From contig JBFWLW010000007.1 in assembly GCA_050251945.1 (NCBI GenBank), positions 1 through 64,000 on the forward strand: DNA of 64,000 bases, in the 5' to 3' direction. Both the position numbers and the translations under genes were made by a program. Positions 63,217 through 64,000 of this stretch are shown piece by piece. The stretch's first letter is position 1. Each line of letters begins with the position of its first letter. Below the pieces are notes generated by a model. It was not told where the DNA came from. It was given only the letters and a program-made list of their open reading frames with translations, and made no database searches. This stretch comes from Deferribacterales bacterium. Its GTDB lineage: Bacteria; Chrysiogenota; Deferribacteres; Deferribacterales; Geovibrionaceae.

Positions 63217-64000
63217 ATGAAAAACTTTTTTTACGATTACATAGTTCTTGGCAGCGGTGTCGCCGGACTTAGGGCGGCGATAGAGCTTGCCGAATACGGC
63301 AGTGTTGCTGTTGTGACTAAATGTTTTCTGGGGGAAAGTTCCTCCGAGTATGCTCAGGGCGGCGTTGCAGTCGCCCTTTCTGATGACGACGACATAACTC
63401 TGCACATAGAGGACACTTTGCGCGCAGGAGACGGGCTTTGCGACCTTAAAGCCGTTTCAACTCTCGTTGAAGAGGGACCGAAATACATCAAACAGCTTAT
63501 TTCATGGGGCGCGAAGTTCGATATGCACGGCGGTGTGCTGGAATTTTCGAGAGAGGCGGCGCACAGCGTCAACCGCATCATCCATGCGAAGGGAGACGCC
63601 ACCGGACATGAGATTGTCCGTACACTGAAAGAATATTCCAAAAACTTCGATAATATTGAGAAAATTGAATTCACATACGCTATAGATTTTATCAAAGATG
63701 CACCGGACAGCGTTTGCGGTGTTTTCGCTCTGGATGAAAAGACTCTGGAGTTCAAAAGCTATTACGCAAAAGCAGTCATCGTCGCCACAGGCGGCGCGGG
63801 CAGGCTTTTCAGACGCACTACAAACCCTGCTGTAGTCACTGGCGACGGAATGGCAATGGCTTTCCGCGCGGGTGCTGATATGCGCGATATGGAATTTTAT
63901 CAGTTCCACCCCACCGGGCTTTCCGTTAAAGGTGCGCCGGCGTTCCTTCTCAGCGAAGCGATGAGAGGTGAGGGCGGTATTCTGCGCAATGTAAATATGG
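63217..64000 (+). CDS. nadB: L-aspartate oxidase (runs off window)
   Basis: MKNFFYDYIVLGSGVAGL, SSEYAQGGVA, HIEDTLRAGDGLC, REAAHSVNRIIH, QFHPT, LLSEAMRGEG. Confidence 0.93.
   Translation, partial: MKNFFYDYIVLGSGVAGLRAAIELAEYGSVAVVTKCFLGESSSEYAQGGVAVALSDDDDITLHIEDTLRAGDGLCDLKAVSTLVEEGPKYIKQLISWGAKFDMHGGVLEFSREAAHSVNRIIHAKGDATGHEIVRTLKEYSKNFDNIEKIEFTYAIDFIKDAPDSVCGVFALDEKTLEFKSYYAKAVIVATGGAGRLFRRTTNPAVVTGDGMAMAFRAGADMRDMEFYQFHPTGLSVKGAPAFLLSEAMRGEGGILRNVNM

Overview
Core-chromosome window from a bacterium that resembles the Deferribacterales (an inference from gene content and protein similarity, not verified). Housekeeping genes include gmhA-mfd-PPIases, gatCAB, acnA, eno, uraA-upp, nhaA and nadB. 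Redox genes are a FccAB-type flavocytochrome c, a di-heme cytochrome c peroxidase and a 2-oxoacid:ferredoxin oxidoreductase. Signalling genes are five MCPs, two histidine kinases, a REC-PP2C-kinase/STAS partner switch and an EAL-CBS-GGDEF protein. I found no tRNA, rRNA, CRISPR array, transposase or phage genes. The unusual signal is mostly intergenic: (1) a MITE-like family that duplicates whole terminator hairpins as 19-26 bp target repeats; (2) a repeated ~90-nt structured element with GGA-loop hairpins, always sense-oriented downstream of a stop codon; (3) a second copy of the eno 3' end that differs only at synonymous positions; (4) an unannotated 52-aa CxxC/CxxH microprotein heading an amino-acid ABC operon; (5) a cytochrome-c-like secreted protein with HxxC where CxxCH is expected; (6) a candidate sRNA. 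Several CDS starts were moved from the ORF track to RBS-supported starts.
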